Of a stretch of 64,000 bases of DNA, positions 19,691 to 33,688 are shown in pieces. Source of the DNA: Anaeromyxobacter sp. (GTDB lineage Bacteria; Myxococcota; Myxococcia; Myxococcales; Anaeromyxobacteraceae); NCBI GenBank assembly GCA_049840735.1, contig JASGJN010000020.1, positions 672,001 to 736,000 of the forward strand, read 5' to 3'. The notes under the pieces were generated by a model. That model ran no database searches and was not told the DNA's origin. It saw only the letters and a program-made list of their open reading frames with translations. Both the position numbers and the translations under genes were made by a program. Within the stretch, counting starts at the first letter, position 1. Every line of letters begins with the position of its first letter.

Positions 19691-21785
19691 GGCCCCCTCC
19701 GGCGGCCCAGGTCGGCCTCCAGCGCGTCGCGGAGCTGCGCCAGGAAGGTCCGGACCTCCGGGCCTCGGCGCACCGCCACCTCCGCCGCCCAGCGCAGCGC
19801 CCGCGCCGGCCGGCCCGCCACGCCCGGCTCGTCGGGCGCCGGCGTGAAGTGGCTGAAGCCGTCGGCGTCCACCTGCGGCGGCGGCGAGGCCGTGGCCCCT
19901 GCCGCCGAGCGCGCCAGCGCCTGCACCGCCCGCGCCGCGCTCCGCGCCGCCGCGCCCACCGCGGCCGCCGGTCCGCCGGCCGGCTCCGGCCCCTCGGCGG
20001 CGCGGCCCACCCGCAGGTCCTGCCCCTCGTAGCGGGCCTGGAAGTTGGTGAGCGTCTCGCGGAAGTAGGCCAGGTACTCCCGCCCCACCAGCGGATCCTT
20101 CACCTCCGGCCAGAGCTCCAGCCGCAGCGCCTGCCACGCCGGCGGCAGCGCGAAGGCCTGCCGCGCCAGCACCGTCACCCGCGTGCCGCTCCCCTCGGCG
20201 GCGAAGGTGACGATGCCGTCGTCGTAGCGGGCCGAGCCGTTGTCGCTCGCCACCGTGCGCCAGAAGATCCGCTGCTCGCGCTCGCCGTACTGAATCCGCT
20301 CCAGCTTGCCCACGTCGATGGGCTGGCCGCCGGAGAGGACCAGCCAGTTGGGCTGGGGCAGGTAGCGGGTCCGCTCCGCCTGGTGGATGATTCGCCCGGC
20401 CTCGTCGCGCGCCACCGCCACGCTGCGGCCGCCCATGTAGTCCTTCATGCACTGCACGGCCCGGGCGATGTCCACCCGGGCCGTGAAGGCCTCGAACGGC
20501 ACCGGCACCACCTGTCCGTACTCGAAGAGCACCGAGCCCTCCAGATACCGCCAGCGCAGCCCGCCCTCGTCCGGCGGAGTGGCCCGGATCAGCGCCTCCA
20601 GCGGCAGCAGGTAGCCCGGGACGGCCTCGTAGTCCTCCGGACCGTAGGCCGCCAGGTCCAGCGCCAGCGGCACCTCCTCGCGCGGCAGCGCCTCCTTGTC
20701 GGCCAGGGTCCGCCAGGCCGAGCGCCCTTGCCCGACCGCCGCGACAGCGTGGTTGACCCAGGCCAGCGCGGCGCCCGCCAGCGCGCTGCCGTCGGCAGCC
20801 GCCGCCAGCCGATCACCGGCCCGCTGCGCCAGCGCTGCCAGCGGCCCGGCCAGCGCCGCCGTGTCCCCGGCGTCCCGCCGCGCCCGGAAGGACTCGGCCA
20901 GCCAGGGGTGGACCGGCCGGAAGCCCGCGAAGGGCGAGAGGTCGCCCACCAGCTCGCGCCGCCCCGGGAGCCCCTCAGCCGCCAGGGCGCGCGCGCTGAG
21001 CCGCGAGACCTGCGGGTCCAGCCCCATCTTCACCGCGGCCACCCAGTCCACCAGCAGCAGGTCCCGCCCGGCGATGAGCGTGCGCGTGGGCAGGAGCCGC
21101 TCCGGCGAGGCCACCAGGCCATCCGCCGAGGTCCAGGCGTCCACCACCGTGAACCCCACCGGCGTGTGGCGCAGCAGCTCCAGGCACTGATCCCAGGGCC
21201 TCTGGCGCTGCCGGTCGTGCCGGTGGCCTTGCTGCGGCAGCGCCGCCAGCAGCCCGTGCAGCGCCAGCGCGTAGCCCTCCTCGTCGTGCGTGCGCGCCTT
21301 GGGGAAGGCGATGCGCAGGTCGGCCTCGAGCCAGGCGCGGGCGAGGAGGCTCCCCTCGAGCACACAGCCTGGTGGGAAGGGCGCGGGGAGGAGGTCCTCG
21401 GAGAGATCCACCAGGTCGTAACGGAACCCGTCGGGCGTCTCCCCGATCAGCCCGGCCCGCGCCGCGCGCGCCGCGAACCCACCCTCGGCCGCGCCGGCCA
21501 GCGCCACGCCGGTGAACCCGCGCTGCCCCAGCCCGTCCACCAGCGCCTCCAGCAGCGCCGGATTCGGCTCCCGACGCCGTCCCGCTCCAGGGTGGAGAGG
21601 TCCGGCAGGATCAGGATGTGCAGCGCCTGCGGCGGCGCGCCGGAGCGATCCAGCAGCGCGAGCAGCGCCTCCCCCAGGCCACCCCGCCCCACCGCGGCGC
21701 CCAGCGCCGCCGGCCCGTCCGCGCCTGTCGCGATCGCCACCCGCCCCGGGCGCTCCCCGGCGCCCTCCCCGCCCTCTCGCCGCAT
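19687..21785 (-). CDS. DUF362-like protein with C-terminal START/SRPBCC-like region, apparent frameshift ~21563
   Basis: ILILPD..(D)PALLEALVD, ADLRIAFPKARTH..LALHG, VVDAW..DG, AGRDLLLVDWVAAVKMG. The N-terminus lies in ORF 21447..21785. Confidence 0.65.
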
Positions 21786-21937
21786 GGTGCTCGCCTCCGA
21801 TCCGCTCGCGGCGAACCCGCGAGCGATCGGCCGGGCTTCCGGCCGCTCGATCCCCTGCTACTTACTCCCAGTGGATCGAACGGCTGCCGCCCGGAGGGAG
21901 CGCCGCGTTGGCGGGGCGCCGCCAGGGCTGCGGCGGA

Positions 21938-23218
21938 TCAGCGCCGCTTCTTCTTGATGCTGATGTCGGCCAGCACGGCGAGGATCAGCACCACGCCCTT
22001 GATGCCGTACTGGACGTTCGAGTTCACGTCCATCATCTGCAGGCCGGTGCCGAGCGACTGCATGATGAGCGCGCCCACCACCGCGCCGAAGACGGTGCCC
22101 TCGCCGCCCAGCGTGGAGGTGCCGCCCAGGATGCAGCTGGCGATGACGTCCAGCTCGTAGCCGCCACCTGCGCCGGTGGTGCCGGAGCCCACGTAGGCGG
22201 CCAGCGCCACGCCGGAGACGCCCATGAGCGCCCCCATGGTCACGTAGACCCGGAAGATCGACGAGCGGATGTCGATGCCGGACAGGCGGGCCGCCTCCCG
22301 GTTGCCGCCGATCGCGTAGGCGTAGCGGCCGAAGCGCGTGTTGGTGGAGATGTAGCTCATGAGCAGCACGACCACGCCCAGGATCAGCACCAGCACCGGG
22401 ACGCCGCGCAGGCCGGGCATCGCGTCGGCCTCGAACACGCGGTTGACGATGAGCACGTAGACGAAGACCAGGACCGAGAAGATGCCCGCCCTGACCAGCG
22501 CGCCGGGGAGCGATCCCAGCGCCACGCCGTACTTGGCCTTGCGCGCGCGGGCCGTGAAGACCCGCACGAACAGCGCCGCCGCGACCACCACGGCCAGCAG
22601 GTAGCCGACCCAGGGCGGCAGCAGCCCCTGCGCGAGGTACTTGAACGTGTCGTTGGACGAGATGAAGAGCGACTTGCCCTGCGTGACCAGCAGGATGCCG
22701 GACTTGAAGATGTACATCCCGCCCAGCGTGACGATGAAGGGCGGAACGGCGAGGCGGGCGATGATGTACCCCTGGTAGACGCCGAGCAGCACCCCCAGCG
22801 CGACGCCGATCACCGTCACCACGGTCGCGACCACCACGACCTGCGCCCCCTCGGAGGCGTTGGGCATGAGCGCCAGGACCCACCCGTCCACCACGCCGTG
22901 GTAGAGGAGCGCGGCCGTCACCACCGAGACGAAGCCGGCGCCGTAGCCGACCGAGAGGTCGATGCCGCCGGTGACGATCACGAAGACCATCCCGCAGGCC
23001 ATGATCCCGATGATGGCCATCTGGGGCAGCGTGTTCTGGATGTTGCTGGCGCTGGTATAGGCCGGCGCCGCGATCCCGAAGCCGATCCAGATCAGCACCA
23101 GCGCCATCACCAGGATGTACGACTGGAGGTCACGGGTCATGGCCCCGACCAGCGCCCCCAGCCGCCCCGCGCGCTGCACCCCTGCCCCGTCCGCCTTGAG
23201 GTCTGTCGTGTTGAGCAT
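21938..23218 (-). CDS. Monosaccharide ABC transporter permease (XylH/GguB-like)
   Basis: IVTGGIDLSVG, PPFIVTLGG, TRFGRYAYAIGGNREAARLSGI, YELDVIASCILGG. Confidence 0.93.
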   Translation of the reverse strand: MLNTTDLKADGAGVQRAGRLGALVGAMTRDLQSYILVMALVLIWIGFGIAAPAYTSASNIQNTLPQMAIIGIMACGMVFVIVTGGIDLSVGYGAGFVSVVTAALLYHGVVDGWVLALMPNASEGAQVVVVATVVTVIGVALGVLLGVYQGYIIARLAVPPFIVTLGGMYIFKSGILLVTQGKSLFISSNDTFKYLAQGLLPPWVGYLLAVVVAAALFVRVFTARARKAKYGVALGSLPGALVRAGIFSVLVFVYVLIVNRVFEADAMPGLRGVPVLVLILGVVVLLMSYISTNTRFGRYAYAIGGNREAARLSGIDIRSSIFRVYVTMGALMGVSGVALAAYVGSGTTGAGGGYELDVIASCILGGTSTLGGEGTVFGAVVGALIMQSLGTGLQMMDVNSNVQYGIKGVVLILAVLADISIKKKRR

Positions 23219-23229
23219 GCCGCGCTTTC

Positions 23230-24762
23230 CTATGCGACCTCGACGCCTGTCGCCCTGGCCATGATGCGCTCCTGGTTCGCCCCCTGGATCTCGAGGATCC
23301 CGTTGGAGCGCCCCTCCCACATCACCAGCACCCGATCGCTCATGCCCAGCACCTCCTCCAGCTCGGAGGAGATCATGATGATGGAGAACCCGCTCTCCGC
23401 CAGCTGGTTCATGAGCTTGTAGATCTCGTACTTCGCGCCCACGTCGATGCCGCGCGTCGGATCGTCGAGGATCAGGATGCGCGGCTCGGACATGAGCCAC
23501 TTGGAGATGACGACCTTCTGCTGGTTGCCGCCGGAGAGCGACTCGACCGGCACCTGCACGGTGGGCGCCTTGATGGAGAGGCTGGTCCAGTACTTGAGCA
23601 CCGCCGCCAGCTCCCCGTCCGCGTCGATGCGCATGAAGCCGGAGAAGCGGTCCAGGTTGGGCAGGCTCATGTTCTGCAGGATGGACTGGCGCAGCACCAG
23701 CCCGCCCGTCTTGCGGTCCTCCGGCACCAGCCCGATCCCCTGGCGCATGGCCTGGCGCGCGCTCCGGATCTCCACGCGCTTGCCGTCCAGCTCGACGGCC
23801 CCCTTCGTCACGTGCCCCAGCTCGCCGAAGAGGGTGGTGACGAGCTCGGTCCGGCCCGAGCCCATCAACCCGGCGATGCCGAGGATCTCTCCCCGGCGCA
23901 GCTCGAAGCTGACGCCCTTGAGCACCTCGCGCCTGGGGTTCAGCGGATCCACGGCGTGCAGGTCGCGGACGCGCAACAGCACCTCGCCCGGGCGCCGGTT
24001 GCCCTTGGGGAAGCGCTCCTTCATCTCGCGCCCCACCATCAGGCTCACCAGCTTCTCCACCGTGAGCCCGCTGGTGGGCTGGGTGGTGACCAGCCGCCCG
24101 TCGCGCATCACCGAGACGGTGTCGGTGGTCCGGAAGAACTCGTCCAGCTTGTGCGTGATGTAGAGGCAGGTGACGCCCTGCTTCCGGAGCTCCTGGAGGA
24201 TCTCCATCAGCTTGTCCACCTCGGCCTCGGACAGCGCGGAGGTGGGCTCGTCCAGGATCAGGACCTTGGCCTCCTCCGAGAGCGCCTTGGCGATCTCGGT
24301 CATCTGCTTCTGCCCGACGCCCAGGTTCTCGACCACGTCGAACGGGGAGATGGGCAGCTTGTAGCGGGCCAGCAGGGCCGCCGTGTCGGCGTAGAGCTTG
24401 TCCCAGTCGATGCCCGGGCCGCGGCGCGGCTCCTTGCCCAGGAAGATGTTCTCGCCCACCGTCAGCTTCGGCACCAGGGTCAGCTCCTGGTAGACGATGG
24501 CGATCCCCTCCTCGATGGCCTGGCGGATGGCGTGCTCGCCCAGCCGCAGCTCGCGCCCGTCGTAGGTGATCGTCCCCTCGTACGTTCCGTGCGGGTAGAC
24601 GCCGCACAGGATCTTCATGAGGGTGGACTTGCCGGCGCCGTTCTCGCCGCAGAGGCCGTGGATCTCGCCGCGCCTCACGCGGATGGAGACGTCGCTCAGC
24701 GCGGTGACGCCCGGGAACTTCTTGGTGACGCGGGAGATGTCGAGGAGGACGTCGGAAGCCAC
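23230..24762 (-). CDS. Monosaccharide ABC transporter ATP-binding protein (XylG/GguA-like)
   Basis: GENGAGKST, LILDEPT, LSGGNQQK; two ABC halves. Confidence 0.95.
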   Translation of the reverse strand: MASDVLLDISRVTKKFPGVTALSDVSIRVRRGEIHGLCGENGAGKSTLMKILCGVYPHGTYEGTITYDGRELRLGEHAIRQAIEEGIAIVYQELTLVPKLTVGENIFLGKEPRRGPGIDWDKLYADTAALLARYKLPISPFDVVENLGVGQKQMTEIAKALSEEAKVLILDEPTSALSEAEVDKLMEILQELRKQGVTCLYITHKLDEFFRTTDTVSVMRDGRLVTTQPTSGLTVEKLVSLMVGREMKERFPKGNRRPGEVLLRVRDLHAVDPLNPRREVLKGVSFELRRGEILGIAGLMGSGRTELVTTLFGELGHVTKGAVELDGKRVEIRSARQAMRQGIGLVPEDRKTGGLVLRQSILQNMSLPNLDRFSGFMRIDADGELAAVLKYWTSLSIKAPTVQVPVESLSGGNQQKVVISKWLMSEPRILILDDPTRGIDVGAKYEIYKLMNQLAESGFSIIMISSELEEVLGMSDRVLVMWEGRSNGILEIQGANQERIMARATGVEVA

Positions 24763-24784
24763 GCGCGCTCCTGGGGAGGGGGAC

Positions 24785-24813
24785 GGCCCGGCCCCTCGCT
24801 GCGGGGCCGGGCC
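24785..24813. other. Intercistronic hairpin between the binding-protein and ATPase genes
   Basis: GGCCCGGCCCC / GGGGCCGGGCC 11-bp stem; typical position for a stabilising stem-loop (function inferred). Confidence 0.55.
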
Positions 24814-24827
24814 TGGTTCAGCTCAGC

Positions 24828-25874
24828 TTACATCGGCGGGGCGTTCGGGACGTCCTTGTAGACGCCCTGGTACGGCTGGAAGCCGGAGTCCACCACCAGC
24901 TTCTTGAGGTTCTCCTTGGTGACCTGGAAGACCTGCAGGAACTTGCACTGCACGTCGCCCTTCATCGCCTTGTTGCCGGTCAGCTCGGCCAGCTTGAACG
25001 GCTTGAGGCCGAGGTTGGTGTCACCCTTGGCCAGCTTGGCGGCCAGCTCGGTGGCCAGCGGGGTCAGCTGGCGGGTGTCCTTCAGGATCGTGACGGTCAG
25101 CTCGCCGCGGGCGATGGAGTTGCAGCCCGCCTCGGTGGCGTCCTGGCCGGAGATGGGGGTCTTACCGGCCATGCCGACCGTCTTCATCGCCTCGAGGGCG
25201 CCCAGCGCGGTGCCGTCGTTGGAGGCGACCACGGCGTCGAACTTCTTGCCGGTGGCGGTCAGGATGTTCTCCATGACCTTCTTGGCGTTGGCCGGGTCCC
25301 AGTTCTCGACCCACTGATCGGCGACGATCTTGATCTTGCCGGAGTCGATGAGGGGCTTGAGGACCTCCATCTGGCCGGCGCGGAACAGGTGGGCGTTGTT
25401 GTCCGTCGGGCTGCCGCCCAGCAGGACGAAGTTGCCCGAGTTCTTCACCGCCAGCACGCCCTTGGCCTGGTTGCGGCCCACGTCGACGTTGTCGAAGGAG
25501 ACGTAGGCCGCGATCTTGCTGGTCTTGATCAGGCGGTCGTAGGCGATCACCTTCACGCCGCGGGCCGCGGCCTGCTCGACGGCCGTGGCGGCCGCGTCGC
25601 CGTCCTCGGCCACCACGATGATGACCTTGGCGCCCTGGGTGACCATGTTCATGATCTGGTCGTTCTGGAGCTTCGCGTCGTGGTTCGCCTCCTGCGAGAT
25701 CACGTCGAAGCCTGCGGCGGACAAGAGCTTCGTCATCTCGTCGCGCTCACGCGGCCAGCGCTCCGTCGCGAAGTCGGAGAAGGACAGGCCGATCTTGTCC
25801 TTCGCCGCCGCGATGCCCGGTGCCACCAACGCGATCATCGTGATCGCGAACGAAAGGAGAGTGGTCCTCTTCAC
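24828..25874 (-). CDS. Sugar ABC substrate-binding protein (XylF/ChvE-like)
   Basis: Signal peptide; ERW..ERD, IAYDRLI, GSPTDNNA, ASNDGTALG, SGQDA. Confidence 0.92.
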   Translation of the reverse strand: MKRTTLLSFAITMIALVAPGIAAAKDKIGLSFSDFATERWPRERDEMTKLLSAAGFDVISQEANHDAKLQNDQIMNMVTQGAKVIIVVAEDGDAAATAVEQAAARGVKVIAYDRLIKTSKIAAYVSFDNVDVGRNQAKGVLAVKNSGNFVLLGGSPTDNNAHLFRAGQMEVLKPLIDSGKIKIVADQWVENWDPANAKKVMENILTATGKKFDAVVASNDGTALGALEAMKTVGMAGKTPISGQDATEAGCNSIARGELTVTILKDTRQLTPLATELAAKLAKGDTNLGLKPFKLAELTGNKAMKGDVQCKFLQVFQVTKENLKKLVVDSGFQPYQGVYKDVPNAPPM

Positions 25875-26147
25875 GAGTTACCTCCTGGTGAGATTGCAGC
25901 CGTGACTTGGGGTGAAGCGAGCAGCACGCATCCCCGGTTGAATCGGAGGCTCGCAGACATCCCCGCGCGGCCTTCGATTGCCGCGAAGCATAGACCCGCA
26001 CCGGCCCGCCGTGGAGGCGGAGGTGTCCCTCCGCGGCGGTCAACCCTTCAGGGGCTCCGGCGGCTGGTTCGCCCCGGAATCCGGCCGTCTGGCGCGCGGG
26101 AGGGTCCCGTCGATCGCGCCCTCCCGGGAAATCGTAAGGAATCTGGA

Positions 26148-27674
26148 CTAATTCGGCTCCGCGCCCGCCGCCGGGTCCAGCCCGACCGGCGCCCGGAGCT
26201 CGCCGGCCGCCTCGAGGCCGGGCCCGACCGGGAGCAGGACCGTGAAGGTGGTCCCCTGCCCCGCCGCGCTCGCCACCTGCACGTAGCCGCCGCCCTGGCG
26301 GACGATCCCGTAGGCCGTGGAGAGGCCGAGCCCGGAGCCGTTGCCGCCCGGCTTGGTGGTGAAGAAGGGCTCGAAGAGGTGGGCCTGCACCTGCTCGTCC
26401 ATCCCGCAGCCGTCGTCCCGCACCTCGACGGCCACGTACGCACCCGGCGGCGCCAGGTCGGGGCCGCAGGGCGTCGGGGCGGCCAGCACCCGCTCGCGCA
26501 CCGCCAGCACCACCGTGCCGGCCTCGCCGATCGCGTCGCGCGCGTTCAGCCCCAGGTTCATGATCACGTGGCCGAGCTGGTCCGGGTCGGCCAGGGCCTG
26601 CCGGCTCCCCTCCGCCTCCACCCGGAGCACGGCCCCCGCCTTGAAGGTCCTGCGCAGGAGCCCGGCCGTCTCGCGCACCAGCGCCGGGGCGTCCACGCGG
26701 CGCAGGGTCGCCGGCTGCTTGCGCGCGAAGGAGAGGAGCTGCCGCGACAGGCCCAGCGCGCGGCCATAGGCGACCTCGATCTGCTCCGCCGCCTCCCGCT
26801 CGGCGGGCGTCCCGCGGCGCACCTCCGGGAGCCACGCGCCGATCACCGCCAGCAGGTTCTTGAGGTCGTGGACCACGCCGCTGGCCAGCCGGCCCACCGC
26901 CTCCAGCTTCTGCGTCTGGCGGAGCCGGTCCTGCAGCGCCGCCCGCTCGTCGGTGAGCCGGACCACGCGCTCCCGCTCCTCCTCGAGGAACCAGACCACC
27001 ATGGCCAGCCCCAGCGCCGGCGCGGCCAGCGCGCCCAGCAGCGGGGCCGCGTAGAAGAGGAGCGCCGGCGAGCCGCCCCAGACCGCGCGGTAGCCGACCG
27101 CCACCACCACCGACAGCTCGGAGACGCCCATGAGCGCCGTGCCGAGCGCGGTGGCCCAGGGGCCCGGTCCGCGGGCGGGGCGCACCCGCAGGATCCAGCC
27201 GGACGCGGCCAGCAGCGCGCCCCCGGCCAGCAGGCTGCGCAGCGCCACGTTCACCAGCCCGCGCATGGGCGGCGCCACGCCCGGCGCCGCCGTGAGGATC
27301 ACCGGGATGCTCCCCAGCACCGCCAGCCCGCCCAGGGTGAAGCCCCGGGCGCCGCGCCCCAGCGCGCGGCCGGCGCGCAGCTCCCAGGCGCCGATCACCA
27401 CCAGCGCCGCCGCCCAGTGGAGCACCACCGTCCCGGCCATCCAGACCGCCACGCGCTCCCAGTCGTCGCTGGGCAGCTCACCCAGCTGCAGCGCGAGGAA
27501 GCCGCCCGCCTGCGCCCCGGCGTAGCAGATCCACGCCACCGCCCAGGTGCCGACGTGCGGGCGGCGGTAGCGCCGGTGCAGATCGCCCAGCACCGCCGCC
27601 AGCAGCAGGCTGACCGCGAACTTGAGCCCCAGGCCGACCAGGACCAGCGCGGTGGGGACGTTCAGGGTGGCCAT
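26148..27674 (-). CDS. Multi-TM sensor histidine kinase (orphan)
   Basis: About 7 hydrophobic segments; QKLEAVGRLASGVVHDLKN, NARDA, DDGCG, FEPFFTTK, GSGLGL. Confidence 0.9.
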   Translation of the reverse strand: MATLNVPTALVLVGLGLKFAVSLLLAAVLGDLHRRYRRPHVGTWAVAWICYAGAQAGGFLALQLGELPSDDWERVAVWMAGTVVLHWAAALVVIGAWELRAGRALGRGARGFTLGGLAVLGSIPVILTAAPGVAPPMRGLVNVALRSLLAGGALLAASGWILRVRPARGPGPWATALGTALMGVSELSVVVAVGYRAVWGGSPALLFYAAPLLGALAAPALGLAMVVWFLEEERERVVRLTDERAALQDRLRQTQKLEAVGRLASGVVHDLKNLLAVIGAWLPEVRRGTPAEREAAEQIEVAYGRALGLSRQLLSFARKQPATLRRVDAPALVRETAGLLRRTFKAGAVLRVEAEGSRQALADPDQLGHVIMNLGLNARDAIGEAGTVVLAVRERVLAAPTPCGPDLAPPGAYVAVEVRDDGCGMDEQVQAHLFEPFFTTKPGGNGSGLGLSTAYGIVRQGGGYVQVASAAGQGTTFTVLLPVGPGLEAAGELRAPVGLDPAAGAEPN

Positions 27675-27712
27675 CCCCGGACTCTACACGCACCGTACGT
27701 GGCCGGGCCGCG

Positions 27713-27747
27713 CAAAGAGAAGGGGCAGGCCCGGTGAGGCCTGCCCC
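27713..27747 (-). terminator. Intrinsic terminator of the YccA-like gene
   Basis: GGGGCAGGCC / GGCCTGCCCC stem followed by TTCTCTTT on the minus strand. Confidence 0.7.
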
Positions 27748-27779
27748 CGATGCCGCTCGCGTCAGCGGGTCGAGCGCGC

Positions 27780-28493
27780 TTAGCGCCGATCGCCCAGCAG
27801 CCGGAGGATGGCCAGGAACAGGTTGATGAAGTCCAGGTAGAGCGAGAGCGCGCCGTTCACGGCCAGCGAGGCCGTCCCGTTGCCCGCGCGGGCGAAGGCC
27901 CGGAGCTTCTGCGTGTCGTAGGCGGTGAGGCCGGTGAAGACCACCACCATGGCGCAGGAGACGACGAAGCCCACCATGTCCGAGCGCAGGAAGATGTTCA
28001 CCACGCTGGCGATCACGATCCCGATGAGCCCCATGAACAGGAAGGTGGACCAGCCGGAGAGATCGCGGCGGGTGACCGTCCCGAAGACGCTCATGGCGGC
28101 GAAGGTCCCGCCGGTGATGAAGAAGGCGGAGGCGATCGAGGACTGCGTGTAGACCAGCAGCAGGATGGAGAACGTCACGCCGTTGAGCGCGGCGTAGAGG
28201 GTGAAGAGCCCGCCGGCCACCGGCGCGGAGACCCTGTGCGCGGCGGCCGAGATGGCGAAGACCAGCGCCATCTGGGCGATGAACAGCCCGATCATGAGCG
28301 GGCGGGCCCACGGCTGTGCCCAGAGGCTGCTGCCGGCCACCGCGTAGGCGACCAGGCCGGTGACCACCATCCCGACCGTCATCCAGCCGTAGACGGCGTT
28401 CATGAAGCGGCGCTCGACGTCGCTCGCGCCCTGGACGATGACCTGGGCCGCGGCGGGACGCTGAGGGAAGCGAGAAGAGGTGTCGAATGGCAT
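27780..28493 (-). CDS. Bax inhibitor-1/YccA family membrane protein
   Basis: [34 protein letters not shown]. Confidence 0.93.
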   Translation of the reverse strand: MPFDTSSRFPQRPAAAQVIVQGASDVERRFMNAVYGWMTVGMVVTGLVAYAVAGSSLWAQPWARPLMIGLFIAQMALVFAISAAAHRVSAPVAGGLFTLYAALNGVTFSILLLVYTQSSIASAFFITGGTFAAMSVFGTVTRRDLSGWSTFLFMGLIGIVIASVVNIFLRSDMVGFVVSCAMVVVFTGLTAYDTQKLRAFARAGNGTASLAVNGALSLYLDFINLFLAILRLLGDRR

Positions 28494-28975
28494 GCGGCGA
28501 TCATAGCCGCGGGTCGGCCCGCCGTCATGCGGCATCGGAACCGCCCCGGGCTCCGAGGATCGACGTGTTTTCCGGGGGTTGCCTCCGGGATGAGGATCCC
28601 GGGGCCTCGGGGAGGCCAGGTTGCCGCACCTGGGACGTGGGCGTGGACGCGGGGACCTGGAGGAGCCACCCCCTTGCGCCCCCCCTGCCCTCGCTGGCCT
28701 GCTCGCCGCCTCCTCGATCGCCCGAGCGCACGAGCCGCCCGACAGACACCGCCCGACCCGGCCGTCGTCCCGGACCAGCTCGAGGCCGGCAAAGCCCGGT
28801 TCCCCAAGGCTCTCCTTCCCCATGTGGCCGTCCGACGCAGTGCCCTCCCAGGGCGCCCATGTGCGGCGGTGCGCCATGCGTGGACGGCCACGGCTTGTGT
28901 AAACTAGCCGGCTCCACTGACCCCGAAGGCACGGCGGCCCACGGCCGACCGACCGAGCGAGCGAGCACGCAACCG

Positions 28976-30376
<1,401 letters not shown>

Positions 30377-30389
30377 GGAGGACGACACC

Positions 30390-30976
30390 ATGGCCCAGTT
30401 CACCACGCTCACCGCCCGCGTCGTCGTCCTCCCGGTCAACGACATCGACACCGACCAGATCATCCCGGCCCGCTTCCTCAAGGTGACCGACAAGGCCGGC
30501 CTCGGCGCCAGCCTCTTCGCCGACTGGCGCTACCAGGCGGACGGCAGCCCCAAGGCGGACTTCGTCCTCAACCAGCCCGCCTCCCAGGGCGCGCAGGTGC
30601 TGCTGGCCGGCGACAACTTCGGCTGCGGCTCCTCCCGCGAGCACGCGCCGTGGGCGCTGACCGGCTTCGGCTTCCGCGCCGTGATCAGCACCTCCTTCGC
30701 CGACATCTTCCGGAACAACGCGCTCAAGAACGGGCTGCTCCCGGTGGCGGTGGACGCCGCCACGCACGCGAAGCTCAAGGCGCAGCTGGCCGCGAAGCCG
30801 GACGCGCAGGTGACGGTGGACCTGGCGTCGCAGACCCTGACGCTGCCGGACGGCAGCACCGCCACCTTCCCGGTGGAGGCCTTCTCCAAGACCTGCCTGC
30901 TCAACGGCGTCGACGAGCTGGGCTACATCCAGCGCTTCGAGGACCGCATCACCGCGTACGAGCAGCGGGCGGCCCG

Positions 30977-30980
<4 letters not shown>
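30390..30980 (+). CDS. leuD: 3-isopropylmalate dehydratase small subunit
   Basis: [28 protein letters not shown]. Confidence 0.97.
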
Positions 30981-32524
<1,544 letters not shown>

Positions 32525-32543
32525 CCCAGAACGAGGAGACAGC

Positions 32544-33602
32544 ATGAGAGCCAGCATCGTGGTCCTGCCGGGCGACGGCATCGGACCTGAGGTCACCGCC
32601 GAGGCCGTGAAGGTCCTGGAGGCCATCGCGCGCCGCTTCGGCCACCAGCTCACCTTCACGCAGCACCTCATGGGCGGCTGCTCCATCGACGCCCACGGCA
32701 CCGCCCTCACCGACGAGGTGCTGGCCGCCTGCAAGGCCTCCAGCGCGGTGCTGCTGGGCGCGGTGGGCGGGCCGAAGTGGGACGACCCGTCGGCCAAGGT
32801 CCGCCCGGAGCAGGGGCTCCTGGGGCTGCGCCGCGGGCTGGGCGTCTTCGCCAACCTGCGGCCGGTCCGCGTCCACCCGCGGCTGCTGGAGGCCTCGCCC
32901 ATCAAGGCCGACCGGCTGGAGGGCGTGGACATCCTGGTCATCCGCGAGCTGACCGGCGGCCTCTACTTCGGCGCCAAGGGGCGCGACCGCAAGGACGGCC
33001 ACGAGCGCGCCTTCGACACGCTCGAGTACCAGGACTTCGAGGTCCGCCGCGTGGTGGACCTGGCCTTCCGGCTGGCGGCCGCGCGCAAGAAGAAGGTCAC
33101 CAGCGTGGACAAGGCCAACGTGCTCGAGTCCTCCCGCCTCTGGCGGCAGGTGGCCGTGGAGGTGGCCAAGGGGCACGCCGGGGTGGCCCTCGAGCACATG
33201 CTGGTGGACACCGCCGCCATGCGGCTGGTGACCAGCCCGAAGACGCTGGACGTGGTCGTCACCGAGAACATGTTCGGCGACATCCTCACCGACGAGGCCT
33301 CGGTGCTGGCCGGCTCCATGGGCATGCTCCCCTCCGCCTCCATCGGCGACGGCGGGCCGGGCCTGTACGAGCCCATCCACGGCTCGGCCCCGGACATCGC
33401 CGGCAAGGGGATCGCCAACCCGGTCGGCACCATCCTCTCGGCCGCGATGCTGCTCCGCCACTCGCTGGGGCTGGCCGAGGAGGCCCGCGTCATCGAGGCC
33501 GCCGTCGACGCGGCCATCGAGGACGGCGCCCGCACCGGCGACCTGGGCGGCACGCTCGGGACCCGCGCCATGGCGGACGAGATCCTGAAGCGGCTGGGGT
33601 AG
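32544..33602 (+). CDS. leuB: 3-isopropylmalate dehydrogenase
   Basis: [51 protein letters not shown]. Confidence 0.97.
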   Translation: MRASIVVLPGDGIGPEVTAEAVKVLEAIARRFGHQLTFTQHLMGGCSIDAHGTALTDEVLAACKASSAVLLGAVGGPKWDDPSAKVRPEQGLLGLRRGLGVFANLRPVRVHPRLLEASPIKADRLEGVDILVIRELTGGLYFGAKGRDRKDGHERAFDTLEYQDFEVRRVVDLAFRLAAARKKKVTSVDKANVLESSRLWRQVAVEVAKGHAGVALEHMLVDTAAMRLVTSPKTLDVVVTENMFGDILTDEASVLAGSMGMLPSASIGDGGPGLYEPIHGSAPDIAGKGIANPVGTILSAAMLLRHSLGLAEEARVIEAAVDAAIEDGARTGDLGGTLGTRAMADEILKRLG

Positions 33603-33688
33603 CGCCCGCCTCGCGAACAATCGGTCACCGCGCCGTCGAGCGGGGCCGAACCGGACCGGGCAGGGTGCGCTCGACCAAGGAGCGCACC

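Noticed and set aside
28621..28907. Leu-rich attenuator leader peptide upstream of leuC
   Set aside because: No short ORF with a Leu run, and no U-tailed terminator was found.
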